64,000 bases of DNA from Eledone cirrhosa (GCA_964016885.1 OZ024740.1:252278001-252342000), one strand, 5' to 3'; positions 8,901-29,100 are shown, numbered from the stretch's first letter. Notes: generated by a model not told the origin, from the letters alone. Made by a program: numbers and translations.

Positions 8901-11900
8901 CACCACCAACACCACTCACACCACCAACACCACCAACACCACCAACACCACCAACACCACCAACACCACTCACACCACCAACACCACCAACACCACCAAC
9001 ACCACCAACACCACCAACACTACCAACACCACCAACACCACTCACACCACCAACACTACCAACACCACCAACACCACCAACACCACTCATACCACTCACA
9101 CCACCAACACTACCAACATCACCAACACCACTCACACCACCAACACCACTCACACCACCAACACCCACAACACCACCAACACCCCTCACACCACCAACAC
9201 CACCAACACCCCTCACACCCCCAACAGCACCAACACCACTCACACCGCCAACACTACCAACACCACCAACACCCCTCACACCACCAACACCACCAACACC
9301 ACTCACACCACTCACACCACCAACACCACCAACACCACCAACACCACTCACACCACTCACACCACCAACACCACCAACACCACCAACACCCCTCACACCA
9401 CTCACACCACCAACACCACCAACACCACACACACCACTCACACCACCAACACCACCAACACCACCAACACCACTCACACCACTCACACCACCAGCACCAC
9501 CAAAACCACCAACACCACTCACACCACTCACACCACCAACACCACCAACACCACCAACACCCCTCACACCACTCACGCCACCAACACCACCAACACCACT
9601 CACACCACTCACACCACCAACACCACCAACACCACCAACACCACCAACACCACTCACACCTCCAACACTACAACCACCACCAACACCACTCACACCACCA
9701 AATCTACTCACACCACCAACACTACCAACACCACCAAAGCCAACAGCAGCACACAGACCACCAACGCCACTAACACCATCAACACCACCAACACCACCAA
9801 CACCAGCAACACCGCTCACACCACTCACACTACCAACACCACCAACACCGCTCACACCACCAACACTACCAACACCACCAACACCACCAACACCACTCAC
9901 ACCACCAACACCGCTCACACCACCAACACTACCAACACCACCAACACCACCAACACCGCTCACACCACCAACACTACCAACACCACCAACACTACCAACA
10001 CCACCAACACCACTCACATCACCAACACCACTCACACCACCAACACTACTCACACCACCAACACCACCAACACCACCAACACCACTCATACCACCAACAC
10101 TACTCACACCACCAACACCACCAACACCACCAACACTACCAACACCACCAACACCACTCACACCACCAACACCACTCACACCACCAACACCACCAACACC
10201 ACCAACACCACTCACACCACCAACACTACTCACACCACCAACACCACCAACACCACCAACACCACCAACACTACCAACACCACCAACACCACTCACACCA
10301 CAAACACCGCTCACACCACCAACACTACTCACACCACCAACACCACTCACACCACCAACACTACCAACACCAACAACACCACTCATACCACCAACACCAC
10401 TCACACCACCATCACTACCAACACCACCAACACCACTCACACCACCAACACTACCAACACCACCAACACCACTCACACCACCAACACCGCCAACACTACC
10501 AACACCACCAACACCACTCACACCACCAACACCGCCAACACTACCAACACCACCAACACCACTCACACCACTCACACCACCAACACTACCAACACCACCA
10601 ACAGCACTCACACCACCAACACTACCAACACAACCAACACCACTCACACCACCAACACCGCCAACACTACCAACACCACCAACACCACTCACACCACCAA
10701 CACTACCCACACCACCAACACCAGTCACACCACCAACACACCCAACACTACCAACACCACCAACACTACCAACACCACCAACACCACTCACACCACCAAC
10801 ACCGCTCACACCACCAACACTACCAACACCACCAACACCACCAACACCACTCACACCACCAACACTACCAACACCACCAACACCGCTCACACCACCAACA
10901 CCGCTCACACCACCAACACTACCAACACCACCAACACCGCTCACACCACCAACACCACTCACACCACCAACACTACCAACACCACCAACACCACTCACAC
11001 CACCAACACTACCAACACCACCAACACCACTCACACCACCAACACTACAACGCCACCAACACCACCAACACCACTCACACCACCAAAACTACAACACCAC
11101 CAACACCACCAACACCGCTCACACCACCAATACTACCAACACCACCAACACCACTCACACCACCAACGCTACCAACACCACCAACACCACTCACACCACC
11201 AACACTACAGCACCACCAACACCACCAACACCACTCACACCACCAACACTACAACAACACCAACACTACCAACACCGCTCACACCACCAATACTACCAAC
11301 ACTACCAACACCACCAACAACACTCACACCACCAACACCACCAACATCACTCACACCACCAACACTACCAACACTACCAACACCACCAACACCACCAACA
11401 CCACTCGCACCACCAACACTACCAACACCACCAACACCGCTCACACCACCAACACTACAACACCACCAACACCACCAACACCACTCACACCACCAACACT
11501 ACAACACCACCAACACCACCAACACCGCTCACACCACCAATACTACCAACACCACCAACACCACTCACACCACCAACACTACCAACACCACCAACACCAC
11601 TCACACCACCAACACTACAACACCACCAACACCACCAACACCACTCACACCACCAACACTACAACACCACCAACACCACCAACACCGCTCACACCACCAA
11701 AACTACCAACACCACCAACAACACTCACACCACCAACACCACCAACACCACTCACACCACCAACACTACCAACACTACCAACACCACCAACACCACCAAC
11801 ACCACTCACACCACCAACACTACCAACACCACCAACACCGCTCACACCACCAACACTACCAACACCACCTACACCACTCACACCACCAACACTACAACAC

Positions 11901-14150
11901 CACCAACACCACCAACACCACTCACACCACCAACACTACAACACCACCAACACCACCAACACCACCAACACCCCTCACACCACTCACGCCACCAACACCA
12001 CCAACACCACTCACACCACTCACACCACCAACACCACCAACACCACCAACACCACCAACACCACTCACACCTCCAACACTACAACCACCACCAACACCAC
12101 TCACACCACCAAAACTACTCACACCACCAACACTACCAACACCACCAAAGCCAACAGCAGCACACAGACCACCAACGCCACTAACACCATCAACACCACC
12201 AACACCACCAACACCAGCAACACCGCTCACACCACTCACACTACCAACACCACCAACACCGCTCACACCACCAACACTACCAACACCACCAACACCACCA
12301 ACACCACTCACACCACCAACACCGCTCACACCACCAACACTACCAACACCACCAACACCACCAACACCGCTCACACCACCAACACTACCAACACCACCAA
12401 CACTACCAACACCACCAACACCACTCACATCACCAACACCACTCACACCACCAACACTACTCACACCACCAACACCACCAACACCACCAACACCACTCAT
12501 ACCACCAACACTACTCACACCACCAACACCACCAACACCACCAACACTACCAACACCACCAACACCACTCACACCACCAACACCACTCACACCACCAACA
12601 CCACCAACACCACCAACACCACTCACACCACCAACACTACTCACACCACCAACACCACCAACACACCAACACCACCAACACTACCAACACCACCAACACC
12701 ACTCACACCACAAACACCGCTCACACCACCAACACTACTCACACCACCAACACCACTCACACCACCAACACCACTCACACCACCAACACTACCAACACCA
12801 ACAACACCACTCATACCACCAACACCACTCACACCACCATCACTACCAACACCACCAACACCACTCACACCACCAACACTACCAACACCACCAACACCAC
12901 TCACACCACCAACACCACTCACACCACCAACACCGCCAACACTACCAACACCACCAACACCACTCACACCACTCACACCACCAACACTACCAACACCACC
13001 AACAGCACTCACACCACCAACACTACCAACACAACCAACACCACTCACACCACCAACACCGCCAACACTACCAACACCACCAACACCACTCACACCACCA
13101 ACACTACCCACACCACCAACACCAGTCACACCACCAACACACCCAACACTACCAACACCACCAACACTACCAACACCACCAACACCACTCACACCACCAA
13201 CACCGCTCACACCACCAACACTACCAACACCACCAACACCACCAACACCACTCACACCACCAACACTACCAACACCACCAACACCGCTCACACCACCAAC
13301 ACCGCTCACACCACCAACACTACCAACACCACCAACACCGCTCACACCACCAACACCACTCACACCACCAACACTACCAACACCACCAACACCACTCACA
13401 CCACCAACACTACCAACACCACCAACACCACTCACACCACCAACACTACAACGCCACCAACACCACCAACACCACTCACACCACCAAAACTACAACAACA
13501 CCAACACCACCAACACCGCTCACACCATCAATACTACCAACACTACCAACACCACCAACAACACTCACACCACCAACACCACCAACATCACTCACACCAC
13601 CAACACTACCAACACTACCAACACCACCAACACCACCAACACCACTCGCACCACCAACACTACCAACACCACCAACACCGCTCACACCACCAACACTACA
13701 ACACCACCAACACCACCAACACCACTCACACCACCAACACTACAACACCACCAACACCACCAACACCGCTCACACCACCAATACTACCAACACCACCAAC
13801 ACCACTCACACCACCAACACTACCAACACCACCAACACCACTCACACCACCAACACTACAACACCACCAACACCACCAACACCACTCACGCCACCAACAC
13901 TACAACAACACCAACACCACCAACACCGCTCACACCACCAATACTACCAAAACTACCAACACCACCAACAACACTCACACCACCAACACCACCAACACCA
14001 CTCACACCACCAACACTACCAACACTACCAACACCACCAACACCACCAACACCACTCACACCACCAACACTACCAACACCACCAACACCGCTCACACCAC
14101 CAAAACTACCAACACCACCTACACCACTCACACCACCAACACTACAACAC
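5968..14150. repeat. About 2.0-2.4-kb higher-order duplications within the satellite
   Basis: Marker ACCATTAAAACAACTATCACC at about 5979 and 8021 (offset 2042); marker AAAGCCAACAGCAGCACACAGAC at 7604, 9736 and 12147; matching ORFs 11235 and 13476 (offset 2241). Boundaries approximate. Confidence 0.85.
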
Positions 14151-17100
14151 CACCAACACCACCAACACCACTCACACCACCAACACTACAACACCACCAA
14201 CACCGCTCACACCACCAATACTACCAACACCACCAACACTACTCACACCACCAACACTACCAACACCACCAACACCACTCACACCACCAAGACTACAACA
14301 CCACCAACACCACCAACACCACTCACACCACCAACACTACAACAACACCAACACCACCAACACCGCTCACACCACCAATACTACCAACACTACCAACACC
14401 ACCAACAACACTCACACCACCAAAACCACCAACACCACTCACACCACCAACACTACCAACACTACCAACACCACCAACACCGCTCACACCACCAACACTA
14501 CCAACACCACCAACACCACTCACACCACTCACACCACCAACACTACCAACACCGCTCACACCACCAACACTACCAACACCACCAACACTACTAACACCAC
14601 CAACACCGCCAACACTACCAACACTACCAACACCACTCACACCACCAACACTACCAACACCACCAACACCGCTCACACCACCAACACTACCAACACCACC
14701 AACAGTACTCACACCACCAACACTACCAACACCACCAACACCACTCATATCACCAACACCACTCACACCACCAACACCACCAACACCCATCACCCCACGA
14801 ACACCGCTCACACCACCAACACTACCAACACCACCAACACCACTCACACCACTCACACAACCAACACAACCAACACCACCAACACCGCTCACACCACCAA
14901 AACCGCTCACACCACCAACACTACCAACACCACCAACACTACCAACACCACCAACACTACCAACACCACCAAAACCGCTCACACCATCAACACTACCAAC
15001 ACCACCAACGCTACCAACACCACCAACACTACCAACACCACCAACACTACCAACACCACCAAAACCGCTCACACCATCAACACTACCAACACCACCAACA
15101 CCACCAACACTACCAACAGCACCAACACCCCTCACCCCACCAACACCGCTCACACCACCAACACTACCAACACCACTCACACCACCAACACTACCAACAC
15201 CACCAACACTACCAACACCACCAAAACCGCTCACACCATCAACACTACCAACACCACCAACACTACCAACACCACCAAAACCGCTCACACCACCAACACT
15301 ACCAACACCACAAACACCACCAACACTACCAACACCACCAACACCCCTCACCCCACCAACACCGCTCACACCACCAACACTACCAACAACACCAACACTA
15401 CCAACACTACCAACACCACCAACAGCATTCACACCACCAACACTACCAACACCACCAACACTACTCACACCACACACACCACCAACTTTACCAACACTAC
15501 CAACACCACCAACACTACCAACACTACCAACACCACCAAAACCGCTCTCACCACCAACACTACCAACACGACCAACACTACCAACAACACCAACACCACT
15601 CACACCACCAACACTACCAACACCACCAACACCACTCACACCACAAACACTACCAACACCACCAACACCACTCACACCACCAACACTACCAACACCACCA
15701 ACACCACTCACACCACACACACCACCAACTCTACCAACACCACCAAAACCGCTCACACCACCAACACTACCAACACCACCAACACTACCAACACCACCAA
15801 CACCACTCACACCACCAACACCACCAACACCCCTCTCACCACCAACACCGCTCACACCACTGACACTACCAACACCACCAACACTACCAACACCACCAAC
15901 ACCACTCACACCACCAACACTACCAACACCACCAACACCATTCACACGGCTCACACCACCAACACTACCAACACCACCAACACCACTGACACCACCAACA
16001 CTACCAACACCACCAACACCACTCACACCACCAACACCACCAACACTACCAACACCACTCACACCACCAAAACTACCAACACCACCAACACCACTCACAC
16101 CACCAACACCACCAACACTACCAACACCACTCACACCACCAACACTACAACACCACCAACACCACCAACACTACCAACACCACTAACACCGCTCACACCA
16201 CCAAAACCGCTCACACCACCAACACTACCAACACCAGCAACACCACTCACACCACCAACACCGCTCACACCACCAACACTACAACACCACCAACACCACT
16301 CACACCACCAACACTACAACACCACCAACACCACCAACACCACTCACACCACCAACACTACAACACCACCAACACTACCAACACCACCAAGACTACCAAC
16401 ACCACCAACACTACCAACACCACCAACACCACTCACACCACCAACACTACCAACACCACCAACACCACCAACACCGCTCAAACCATCAACACTACCAACA
16501 CCGCCAACACTACTCACACCACCAACACCACCAACACCACCAACACTACCAACACCACCAACACCACTCACATCACCAACACCACTCACACCACCAACAC
16601 CCCTCACACCACCAACACCCCTCACACCACCAACACCGCTCACACCACTCACACCACCAACACCACCAACACCACCAACACCACTCACACCACCAACACC
16701 CCCAACACCACCAACACCGCTCACACCACCAACACCACACACACCACCAACACCACCAACACTACCAACACCACCAACACCACTCACACTACCAACACCA
16801 CCAACACCACTCACACCACCAACACCACTCACACCACCAACACCACCAACACTACCAACACCACCAACACCACTGACACCACCAACACCACCAACACCAC
16901 TCACACCACCAACACCACTCACACCACCAACACCACCAACACTACCAACACCACCAACACCACTCACACCACCAACAGCACCAACACCACTCACACCACT
17001 CACACCACCAACACTACCAACACCACCAACACCACTCACACCACTCACACCACCAACACTACCAACACCACCAACATCACTCACACCACCAACACCACTC

Positions 17101-20100
17101 ACACCACCAACACCACTCACACCACCAACACCACCAACACTACCAACACCACCAACACCACTCACACCACCAACACCACTCACACCACCAACACTACCAA
17201 CTCCACTAACACCACTCACACCACCAACACTGCTCACACCACCAACACTACCAACACCACCAACACCACCAACACCACCAACACCACCAACACCACTCAC
17301 ACCACTAACACCACCAACACCACCAACACCACCAACACCACCAACACCACTCACACCACCAACACCACCAACACCACCAACACCACCAACACCACCAACA
17401 CTACCAACACCACCAACACCACTCACACCACCAACACTACCAACACCACCAACACCACCAACACCACTCATACCACTCACACCACCAACACTACCAACAT
17501 CACCAACACCACTCACACCACCAACACTACCAACACAACCAACACCACTCACACCACCAACACCGCCCACACTACCAACACCACCAACACCACTCACACC
17601 ACCAACACCACTCACACAACCAACACTACTCACACCACCAACACCACTCACACCACCAACACCACTCACACCACCAACACTACCAACACCAACAACACCA
17701 CTCATACCACCAACACCACTCACACCACCAACACTACCAACACCACCAACACCACTCACACCACCAACACTACCAACACCACCAACACCACCAACACTAC
17801 CAACACCACCAACACCACTCACACCACCAACACCACTCACACCACTCACACCACCAACACTACCAACACCACCAACAGCACTCACACCACCAACACTACC
17901 AACACAACCAACACCACTCACACCACCAACACCGCCCACACTACCAACACCACCAACACCACGCACACCACCAACACTACCAACACTACCAACACCACCA
18001 ACACTACCAACACCACCAACACCACTCACACCACCAACACCGCTCACACCACCAACACCACCAACACCACTCACACCACCAACACTACCAACACCACCAA
18101 CACCGCTCACACCACCAACACCGCTCACACCACCAACACTACCAACACCACCAACACCGCTCACACCACCAACACCACTCACACCACCAACACTACCAAC
18201 ACCACCAACACCACTCACACCACCAACACTACCAACACCACCAACACCACTCACACCACCAACACTACAACACCACCAACACCACCAACACCACTCACAC
18301 CACCAACACTACAACACCACCAACACCACCAACACCGCTCACACCACCAATACTACCAACACCACCAACACCACTCACACCACCAACACTACCAACACCA
18401 CCAACACCACTCACACCACCAACACTACAACACCACCAACACCACCAACACCACTCACACCACCAACACTACAACAACACCAACACCACCAACACCGCTC
18501 ACACCACCAATACTACCAACACTACCAACACCACCAACAACACTCACACCACCAACACCACCAACACCACTCACTCCACCAACACTACCAACACTACCAA
18601 CACCACCAACACCACCAACACCACTCACACCACCAACACTACCAACACCACCAACACCGCTCACACCACCAACACTACTAACACCACCTACACCACTCAC
18701 ACCACCAACACTACCAACATCACCAACACCGCTCACACCACCAACACTACAATACCACCAACACCACCAACACCACTCACACCACCAACACTACAACACC
18801 ACCAACACCACCAACACCGCTCACACCACCAATACTACCAACACCACCAACACTACTCACACCACCAACACTACCAACACCACCAACACCACTCACACCA
18901 CCAAGACTACAAAACCACCAACACCACCAACACCACTCACACCACCAACACTACAACAACACCAACACCACCAACACCGCTCACACCACCAATACTACCA
19001 ACACTACCAACACCACCAACAACACTCACACCACCAAAACCACCAACACCACTCACACCACCAACACTACCAACACTACCAACACCACCAACACCACCAA
19101 CACCGCTCACACCACCAACACTACCAACACCACCAACACCACTCACACCACTCACACCACCAACACTACCAACACCGCTCACACCACCAACACTACCAAC
19201 ACCACCAACACTACTAACACCACCAACACCGCCAACACTACCAACACTACCAACACCACTCACACCACCAACACTACCAACACCACCAACACCGCTCACA
19301 CCACCAACACTACCAACACCACCAACAGTACTCACACCACCAACACTACCAACACCACCAACACCACTCATATCACCAACACCACTCACACCACCAACAC
19401 CACCAACACCCCTCAGCCCACGAACACCGCTCACATCACCAACACTACCAACACCACCAACACCACTCACACCACTCACACAACCAACACAACCAACACC
19501 ACCAACACCGCTCACACCACCTAAACCGCTCACACCACCAACACTACCAACACCACCAACACTACCAACACCATCAACACTACCAACACCACCAACACTA
19601 CCAACACCACCAACACTACCAACACCACCAAAACCGCTCACACCATCAACACTACCAACACCACCAACACCACCAACACTACCAACAGCACCAACAGCCC
19701 TCACCCCACCAACACCGCTCACACCACCAACACTACCAACACCACTCACACCACCAACACTACCAACACCACCAACACTACCAACACCACCAAAACCGCT
19801 CACACCATCAACACTACCAACACCACCAACACTACCAACACCACCAACACTACCAACACCACCAAAACCGCTCACACCACCAACACTACCAACACCACCA
19901 AAACCGCTCACACCACCAACACTACCAACACCACCAACACCACCAACACTACCAACACCACCAACACCCCTCACCCCACCAACACAGCTCACACCACCAA
20001 CACTACCAACACCACCAACACTACCAACACTACCAACACCACCAACACCACTCACACCAGCAACACTACCAACACCACCAACACCACTCACACCACACAC

Positions 20101-23100
20101 ACCACCAACTCTACCAACACTACCAACACCACCAACACTACCAACACTACCAACACCACCAACACCACTCACACCACCAACACCGCTCACACCACCAACA
20201 CTACCAACACCACCAACACCACCAACACCACTCACACCACCAACACTACCAACACCACCAACACCGCTCACACCACCAACACCGCTCACACCACCAACAC
20301 TACCAACACCACCAACACCGCTCACACCACCAACACCACTCACACCACCAACACTACCAACACCACCAACACCACTCACACCACCAACACTACCAACACC
20401 ACCAACACCACTCACACCACCAACACTACAACGCCACCAACACCACCAACACCACTCACACCACCAAAACTACAACAACACCAACACCACCAACACCGCT
20501 CACACCACCAATACTACCAACACTACCAACACCACCAACAACACTCACACCACCAACACCACCAACATCACTCACACCACCAACACTACCAACACTACCA
20601 ACACCACCAACACCACCAACACCACTCGCACCACCAACACTACCAACACCACCAACACCGCTCACACCACCAACACTACAACACCACCAACACCACCAAC
20701 ACCACTCACACCACCAACACTACAACACCACCAACACCACCAACACCGCTCACACCACCAATACTACCAACACCACCAACACCACTCACACCACCAACAC
20801 TACCAACACCACCAACACCACTCACACCACCAACACTACAACACCACCAACACCACCAACACCACTCACGCCACCAACACTACAACAACACCAACACCAC
20901 CAACACCGCTCACACCACCAATACTACCAAAACTACCAACACCACCAACAACACTCACACCACCAACACCACCAACACCACTCACACCACCAACACTACC
21001 AACACTACCAACACCACCAACACCACCAACACCACTCACACCACCAACACTACCAACACCACCAACACCGCTCACACCACCAACACTACCAACACCACCT
21101 ACACCACTCACACCACCAACACTACAACACCACCAACACCACCAACACCACTCACACCACCAACACTAAAACACCACCAACACCACCAACACCGCTCACA
21201 CCACCAATACTACCAACACCACCAACACTACTCACACCACCAACACTACCAACACCACCAACACCACTCACACCACCAAGACTACAACACCACCAACACC
21301 ACCAACACCACTCACACCACCAACACTACAACAACACCAACACCACCAACACCGCTCACACCACCAATACTACCAACACTACCAACACCACCAACAACAC
21401 TCACACCACCAAAACCACCAACACCACTCACACCACCAACACTACCAACACTACCAACACCACCAACACCACCAACACCGCTCACACCACCAACACTACC
21501 AACACCACCAACACCACTCACACCACTCACACCACCAACACTACCAACACCGCTCACACCACCAACACTACCAACACCACCAACACTACTAACACCACCA
21601 ACACCGCCAACACTACCAACACTACCAACACCACTCACACCACCAACACTACCAACACCACCAACACCGCTCACACCACCAACACTACCAACACCACCAA
21701 CAGTACTCACACCACCAACACTACCAACACCACCAACACCACTCATATCACCAACACCACTCACACCACCAACACCACCAACACCCATCACCCCACGAAC
21801 ACCGCTCACACCACCAACACTACCAACACCACCAACACCACTCACACCACTCACACAACCAACAATACCAACACCACCAACACCGCTCACACCACCAAAA
21901 CCGCTCACACCACCAACACTACAACACCACCAACACTACCAACACCACCAACACTACCAACACCACCAAAACCGCTCACACCATCAACACTACCAACACC
22001 ACCAACGCTACCAACACCACCAACACTACCAACACCACCAACACTACCAACACCACCAAAACCGCTCACACCATCAACACTACCAACACCACCAACACCA
22101 CCAACACTACCAACAGCACCAACACCCCTCACCCCACCAACACCGCTCACACCACCAACACTACCAACACCACTCACACCACCAACACTACCAACACCAC
22201 CAACACTACCAACACCACCAAAACCGCTCACACCATCAACACTACCAACACCACCAACACTACCAACACCACCAACACTACCAACACCACCAAAACCGCT
22301 CACACCACCAACACTACCAACACCACCAACACCACCAACACTACCAACACCACCAACACCCCTCACCCCACCAACACCGCTCACACCACCAACACTACCA
22401 ACAACACCAACACTACCAACACTACCAACACCACCAACAGCATTCACACCACCAACACTACCAACACCACCAACACTACTCACACCACACACACCACCAA
22501 CTTTACCAACACTACCAACACCACCAACACTACCAACACTACCAACACCACCAAAACCGCTCTCACCACCAACACTACCAACACGACCAACACTACCAAC
22601 AACACCAACACCACTCACACCACCAACACTACCAACACCACCAACACCACTCACACCACAAACACTACCAACACCACCAACACCACTCACACCACCAACA
22701 CTACCAACACCACCAAAACCGCTCACACCACCAACACTACCAACACCACCAACACTACCAACACCACCAACACCACTCACACCACCAACACCACCAACAC
22801 CCCTCTCACCACCAACACCGCTCACACCACCGACACTACCAACACCACCAACACCACTCACACGAATCACACCACCAACACTACCAACACCACCAACACC
22901 ACTCACACCACCAACACTACCAACACCACCAACACCACTCACACGGCTCACACCACCAACACTACCAACACCACCAACACCACTGACACCACCAACACTA
23001 CCAACACCACCAACACCACTCACACCACCAACACCACCAACACTACCAACACCACTCACACCACCAAAACTACCAACACCACCAACACCACTCACACCAC

Positions 23101-26100
23101 CAACACCACCAACACTACCAACACCACTCACACCACCAACACTACAACACCACCAACACCACCAACACTACCAACACCACTAACACCGCTCACACCACCA
23201 AAACCGCTCACACCACCAACACTACCAACACCAGCAACACCACTCACACCACCAACACCGCTCACACCACCAACACTACAACACCACCAACACCACTCAC
23301 ACCACCAACACTACAACACCACCAACACCACCAACACCACTCACACCACCAACACTACAACACCACCAACACTACCAACACCACCAAGACTACCAACACC
23401 ACCAACACTACCAACACCACCAACACCACTCACACCACCAACACTACCAACACCACCAACACCACCAACACCGCTCAAACCATCAACACTACCAACACCA
23501 CCAACACTACTCACACCACCAACACCACCAACACCACCAACACTACCAACACCACCAACACCACTCACATCACCAACACCACTCACACCACCAACACCCC
23601 TCACACCACCAACACCCCTCACACCACCAACACCGCTCACACCACTCACACCACCAACACCACCAACACCACCAACACCACTCACACCACCAACACCCCC
23701 AACACCACCAACACCGCTCACACCACCAACACCACTCACACCACCAACACCACCAACACTACCAACACCACCAACACCACTCACACTACCAACACCACCA
23801 ACACCACTCACACCACCAACACCACTCACACCACCAACACCACCAACACTACCAACACCACCAACACCACTGACACCACCAACACCACCAACACCACTCA
23901 CACCACCAACACCACTCACACCACCAACACCACCAACACTACCAACACCACCAACACCACTCACACCACCAACAGCACCAACACCACTCACACCACTCAC
24001 ACCACCAACACTACCAACACCACCAACACCACTCACACCACTCACACCACCAACACTACCAACACCACCAACATCACTCACACCACCAACACCACTCACA
24101 CCACCAACACCACTCACACCACCAACACCACCAACACTACCAACACCACCAACACCACTCACACCACCAACACCACTCACACCACCAACACTACCAACTC
24201 CACTAACACCACTCACACCACCAACACTGCTCACACCACCAACACTACCAACACCACCAACACCACCAACACCACCAACACCACCAACACCACTCACACC
24301 ACCAACACCACCAACACCACCAACACCACCAACACCACCAACACCACTCACACCACCAACACCACCAACACCACCAACACCACCAACACCACCAACACTA
24401 CCAACACCACCAACACCACTCACACCACCAACACTACCAACACCACCAACACCACCAACACCACTCATACCACTCACACCACCAACACTACCAACATCAC
24501 CAACACCACTCACACCACCAACACTACCAACACAACCAACACCACTCACACCACCAACACCGCCCACACTACCAACACCACCAACACCACTCACACCACC
24601 AACACCACTCACACAACCAACACTACTCACACCACCAACACCACTCACACCACCAACACCACTCACACCACCAACACTACCAACACCAACAACACCACTC
24701 ATACCACCAACACCACTCACACCACCAACACTACCAACACCACCAACACCACTCACACCACCAACACTACCAACACCACCAACACCACCAACACTACCAA
24801 CACCACCAACACCACTCACACCACCAACACCACTCACACCACTCACACCACCAACACTACCAACACCACCAACAGCACTCACACCACCAACACTACCAAC
24901 ACAACCAACACCACTCACACCACCAACACCGCCCACACTACCAACACCACCAACACCACGCACACCACCAACACTACCAACACTACCAACACCACCAACA
25001 CTACCAACACCACCAACACCACTCACACCACCAACACCGCTCACACCACCAACACCACCAACACCACTCACACCACCAACACTACCAACACCACCAACAC
25101 CGCTCACACCACCAACACCGCTCACACCACCAACACTACCAACACCACCAACACCGCTCACACCACCAACACCACTCACACCACCAACACTACCAACACC
25201 ACCAACACCACTCACACCACCAACACTACCAACACCACCAACACCACTCACACCACCAACACTACAACACCACCAACACCACCAACACCACTCACACCAC
25301 CAACACTACAACACCACCAACACCACCAACACCGCTCACACCACCAATACTACCAACACCACCAACACCACTCACACCACCAACACTACCAACACCACCA
25401 ACACCACTCACACCACCAACACTACAACACCACCAACACCACCAACACCACTCACACCACCAACACTACAACAACACCAACACCACCAACACCGCTCACA
25501 CCACCAATACTACCAACACTACCAACACCACCAACAACACTCACACCACCAACACCACCAACACCACTCACTCCACCAACACTACCAACACTACCAACAC
25601 CACCAACACCACCAACACCACTCACACCACCAACACTACCAACACCACCAACACCGCTCACACCACCAACACTACCAACACCACCTACACCACTCACACC
25701 ACCAACACTACCAACATCACCAACACCGCTCACACCACCAACACTACAATACCACCAACACCACCAACACCACTCACACCACCAACACTACAACACCACC
25801 AACACCACCAACACCGCTCACACCACCAATACTACCAACACCACCAACACTACTCACACCACCAACACTACCAACACCACCAACACCACTCACACCACCA
25901 AGACTACAAAACCACCAACACCACCAACACCACTCACACCACCAACACTACAACAACACCAACACCACCAACACCGCTCACACCACCAATACTACCAACA
26001 CTACCAACACCACCAACAACACTCACACCACCAAAACCACCAACACCACTCACACCACCAACACTACCAACACTACCAACACCACCAACACCACCAACAC

Positions 26101-29100
26101 CGCTCACACCACCAACACTACCAACACCACCAACACCACTCACACCACTCACACCACCAATACTACCAACACCGCTCACACCACCAACACTACCAACACC
26201 ACCAACACTACTAACACCACCAACACCGCCAACACTACCAACACTACCAACACCACTCACACCACCAACACTACCAACACCACCAACACCGCTCACACCA
26301 CCAACACTACCAACACCACCAACAGTACTCACACCACCAACACTACCAACACCACCAACACCACTCATATCACCAACACCACTCACACCACCAACACCAC
26401 CAACACCCCTCAGCCCACGAACACCGCTCACATCACCAACACTACCAACACCACCAACACCACTCACACCACTCACACAACCAACACAACCAACACCACC
26501 AACACCGCTCACACCACCTAAACCGCTCACACCACCAACACTACCAACACCACCAACACTACCAACACCATCAACACTACCAACACCACCAACACTACCA
26601 ACACCACCAACACTACCAACACCACCAAAACCGCTCACACCATCAACACTACCAACACCACCAACACCACCAACACTACCAACAGCACCAACAGCCCTCA
26701 CCCCACCAACACCGCTCACACCACCAACACTACCAACACCACTCACACCACCAACACTACCAACACCACCAACACTACCAACACCACCAAAACCGCTCAC
26801 ACCATCAACACTACCAACACCACCAACACTACCAACACCACCAACACTACCAACACCACCAAAACCGCTCACACCACCAACACTACCAACACCACCAAAA
26901 CCGCTCACACCACCAACACTACCAACACCACCAACACCACCAACACTACCAACACCACCAACACCCCTCACCCCACCAACACCGCTCACACCACCAACAC
27001 TACCAACACCACCAACACTACCAACACTACCATCACCACCAACACCACTCACACCAGCAACACTACCAACACCACCAACACCACTCACACCACACACACC
27101 ACCAACTCTACCAACACTACCAACACCACCAACACTACCAACACTACCAACACCACCAACACCACTCACACCACCAACACCGCTCACACCACCAACACTA
27201 CCAACACCACCAACACCACCAACACCACTCACACCACCAACACTACCAACACCACCAACACCGCTCACACCACCAACACCGCTCACACCACCAACACTAC
27301 CAACACCACCAACACCGCTCACACCACCAACACCACTCACACCACCAACACTACCAACACCACCAACACCACTCACACCACCAACACTACCAACACCACC
27401 AACACCACTCACACCACCAACACTACAACGCCACCAACACCACCAACACCACTCACACCACCAAAACTACAACAACACCAACACCACCAACACCGCTCAC
27501 ACCACCAATACTACCAACACTACCAACACCACCAACAACACTCACACCACCAACACCACCAACATCACTCACACCACCAACACTACCAACACTACCAACA
27601 CCACCAACACCACCAACACCACTCGCACCACCAACACTACCAACACCACCAACACCGCTCACACCACCAACACTACAACACCACCAACACCACCAACACC
27701 ACTCACACCACCAACACTACAACACCACCAACACCACCAACACCGCTCACACCACCAATACTACCAACACCACCAACACCACTCACACCACCAACACTAC
27801 CAACACCACCAACACCACTCACACCACCAACACTACAACACCACCAACACCACCAACACCACTCACGCCACCAACACTACAACAACACCAACACCACCAA
27901 CACCGCTCACACCACCAATACTACCAAAACTACCAACACCACCAACAACACTCACACCACCAACACCACCAACACCACTCACACCACCAACACTACCAAC
28001 ACTACCAACACCACCAACACCACCAACACCACTCACACCACCAACACTACCAACACCACCAACACCGCTCACACCACCAACACTACCAACACCACCTACA
28101 CCACTCACACCACCAACACTACAACACCACCAACACCACCAACACCACTCACACCACCAACACTACAACACCACCAACACCACCAACACCGCTCACACCA
28201 CCAATACTACCAACACCACCAACACCACTCACACCACCAAGACTACAACACCACCAACACCACCAACACCACTCACACCACCAACACTACAACAACACCA
28301 ACACCACCAACACCGCTCACACCACCAATACTACCAACACTACCAACACCACCAACAACACTCACACCACCAAAACCACCAACACCACTCACACCACCAA
28401 CACTACCAACACTACCAACACCACCAACACCACCAACACCGCTCACACCACCAACACTACCAACACCACCAACACCACTCACACCACTCACACCACCAAC
28501 ACTACCAACACCGCTCACACCACCAACACTACCAACACCACCAACACTACTAACACCACCAACACCGCCAACACTACCAACACTACCAACACCACTCACA
28601 CCACCAACACTACCAACACCACCAACACCGCTCACACCACCAACACTACCAACACCACCAACAGTACTCACACCACCAACACTACCAACACCACCAACAC
28701 CACTCATATCACCAACACCACTCACACCACCAACACCACCAACACCCATCACCCCACGAACACCGCTCACACCACCAACACTACCAACACCACCAACACC
28801 ACTCACACCACTCACACAACCAACACAACCAACACCACCAACACCGCTCACACCACCAAAACCGCTCACACCACCAACACTACAACACCACCAACACTAC
28901 CAACACCACCAACACTACCAACACCACCAAAACCGCTCACACCATCAACACTACCAACACCACCAACGCTACCAACACCACCAACACTACCAACACCACC
29001 AACACTACCAACACCACCAAAACCGCTCACACCATCAACACTACCAACACCACCAACACCACCAACACTACCAACAGCACCAACACCCCTCACCCCACCA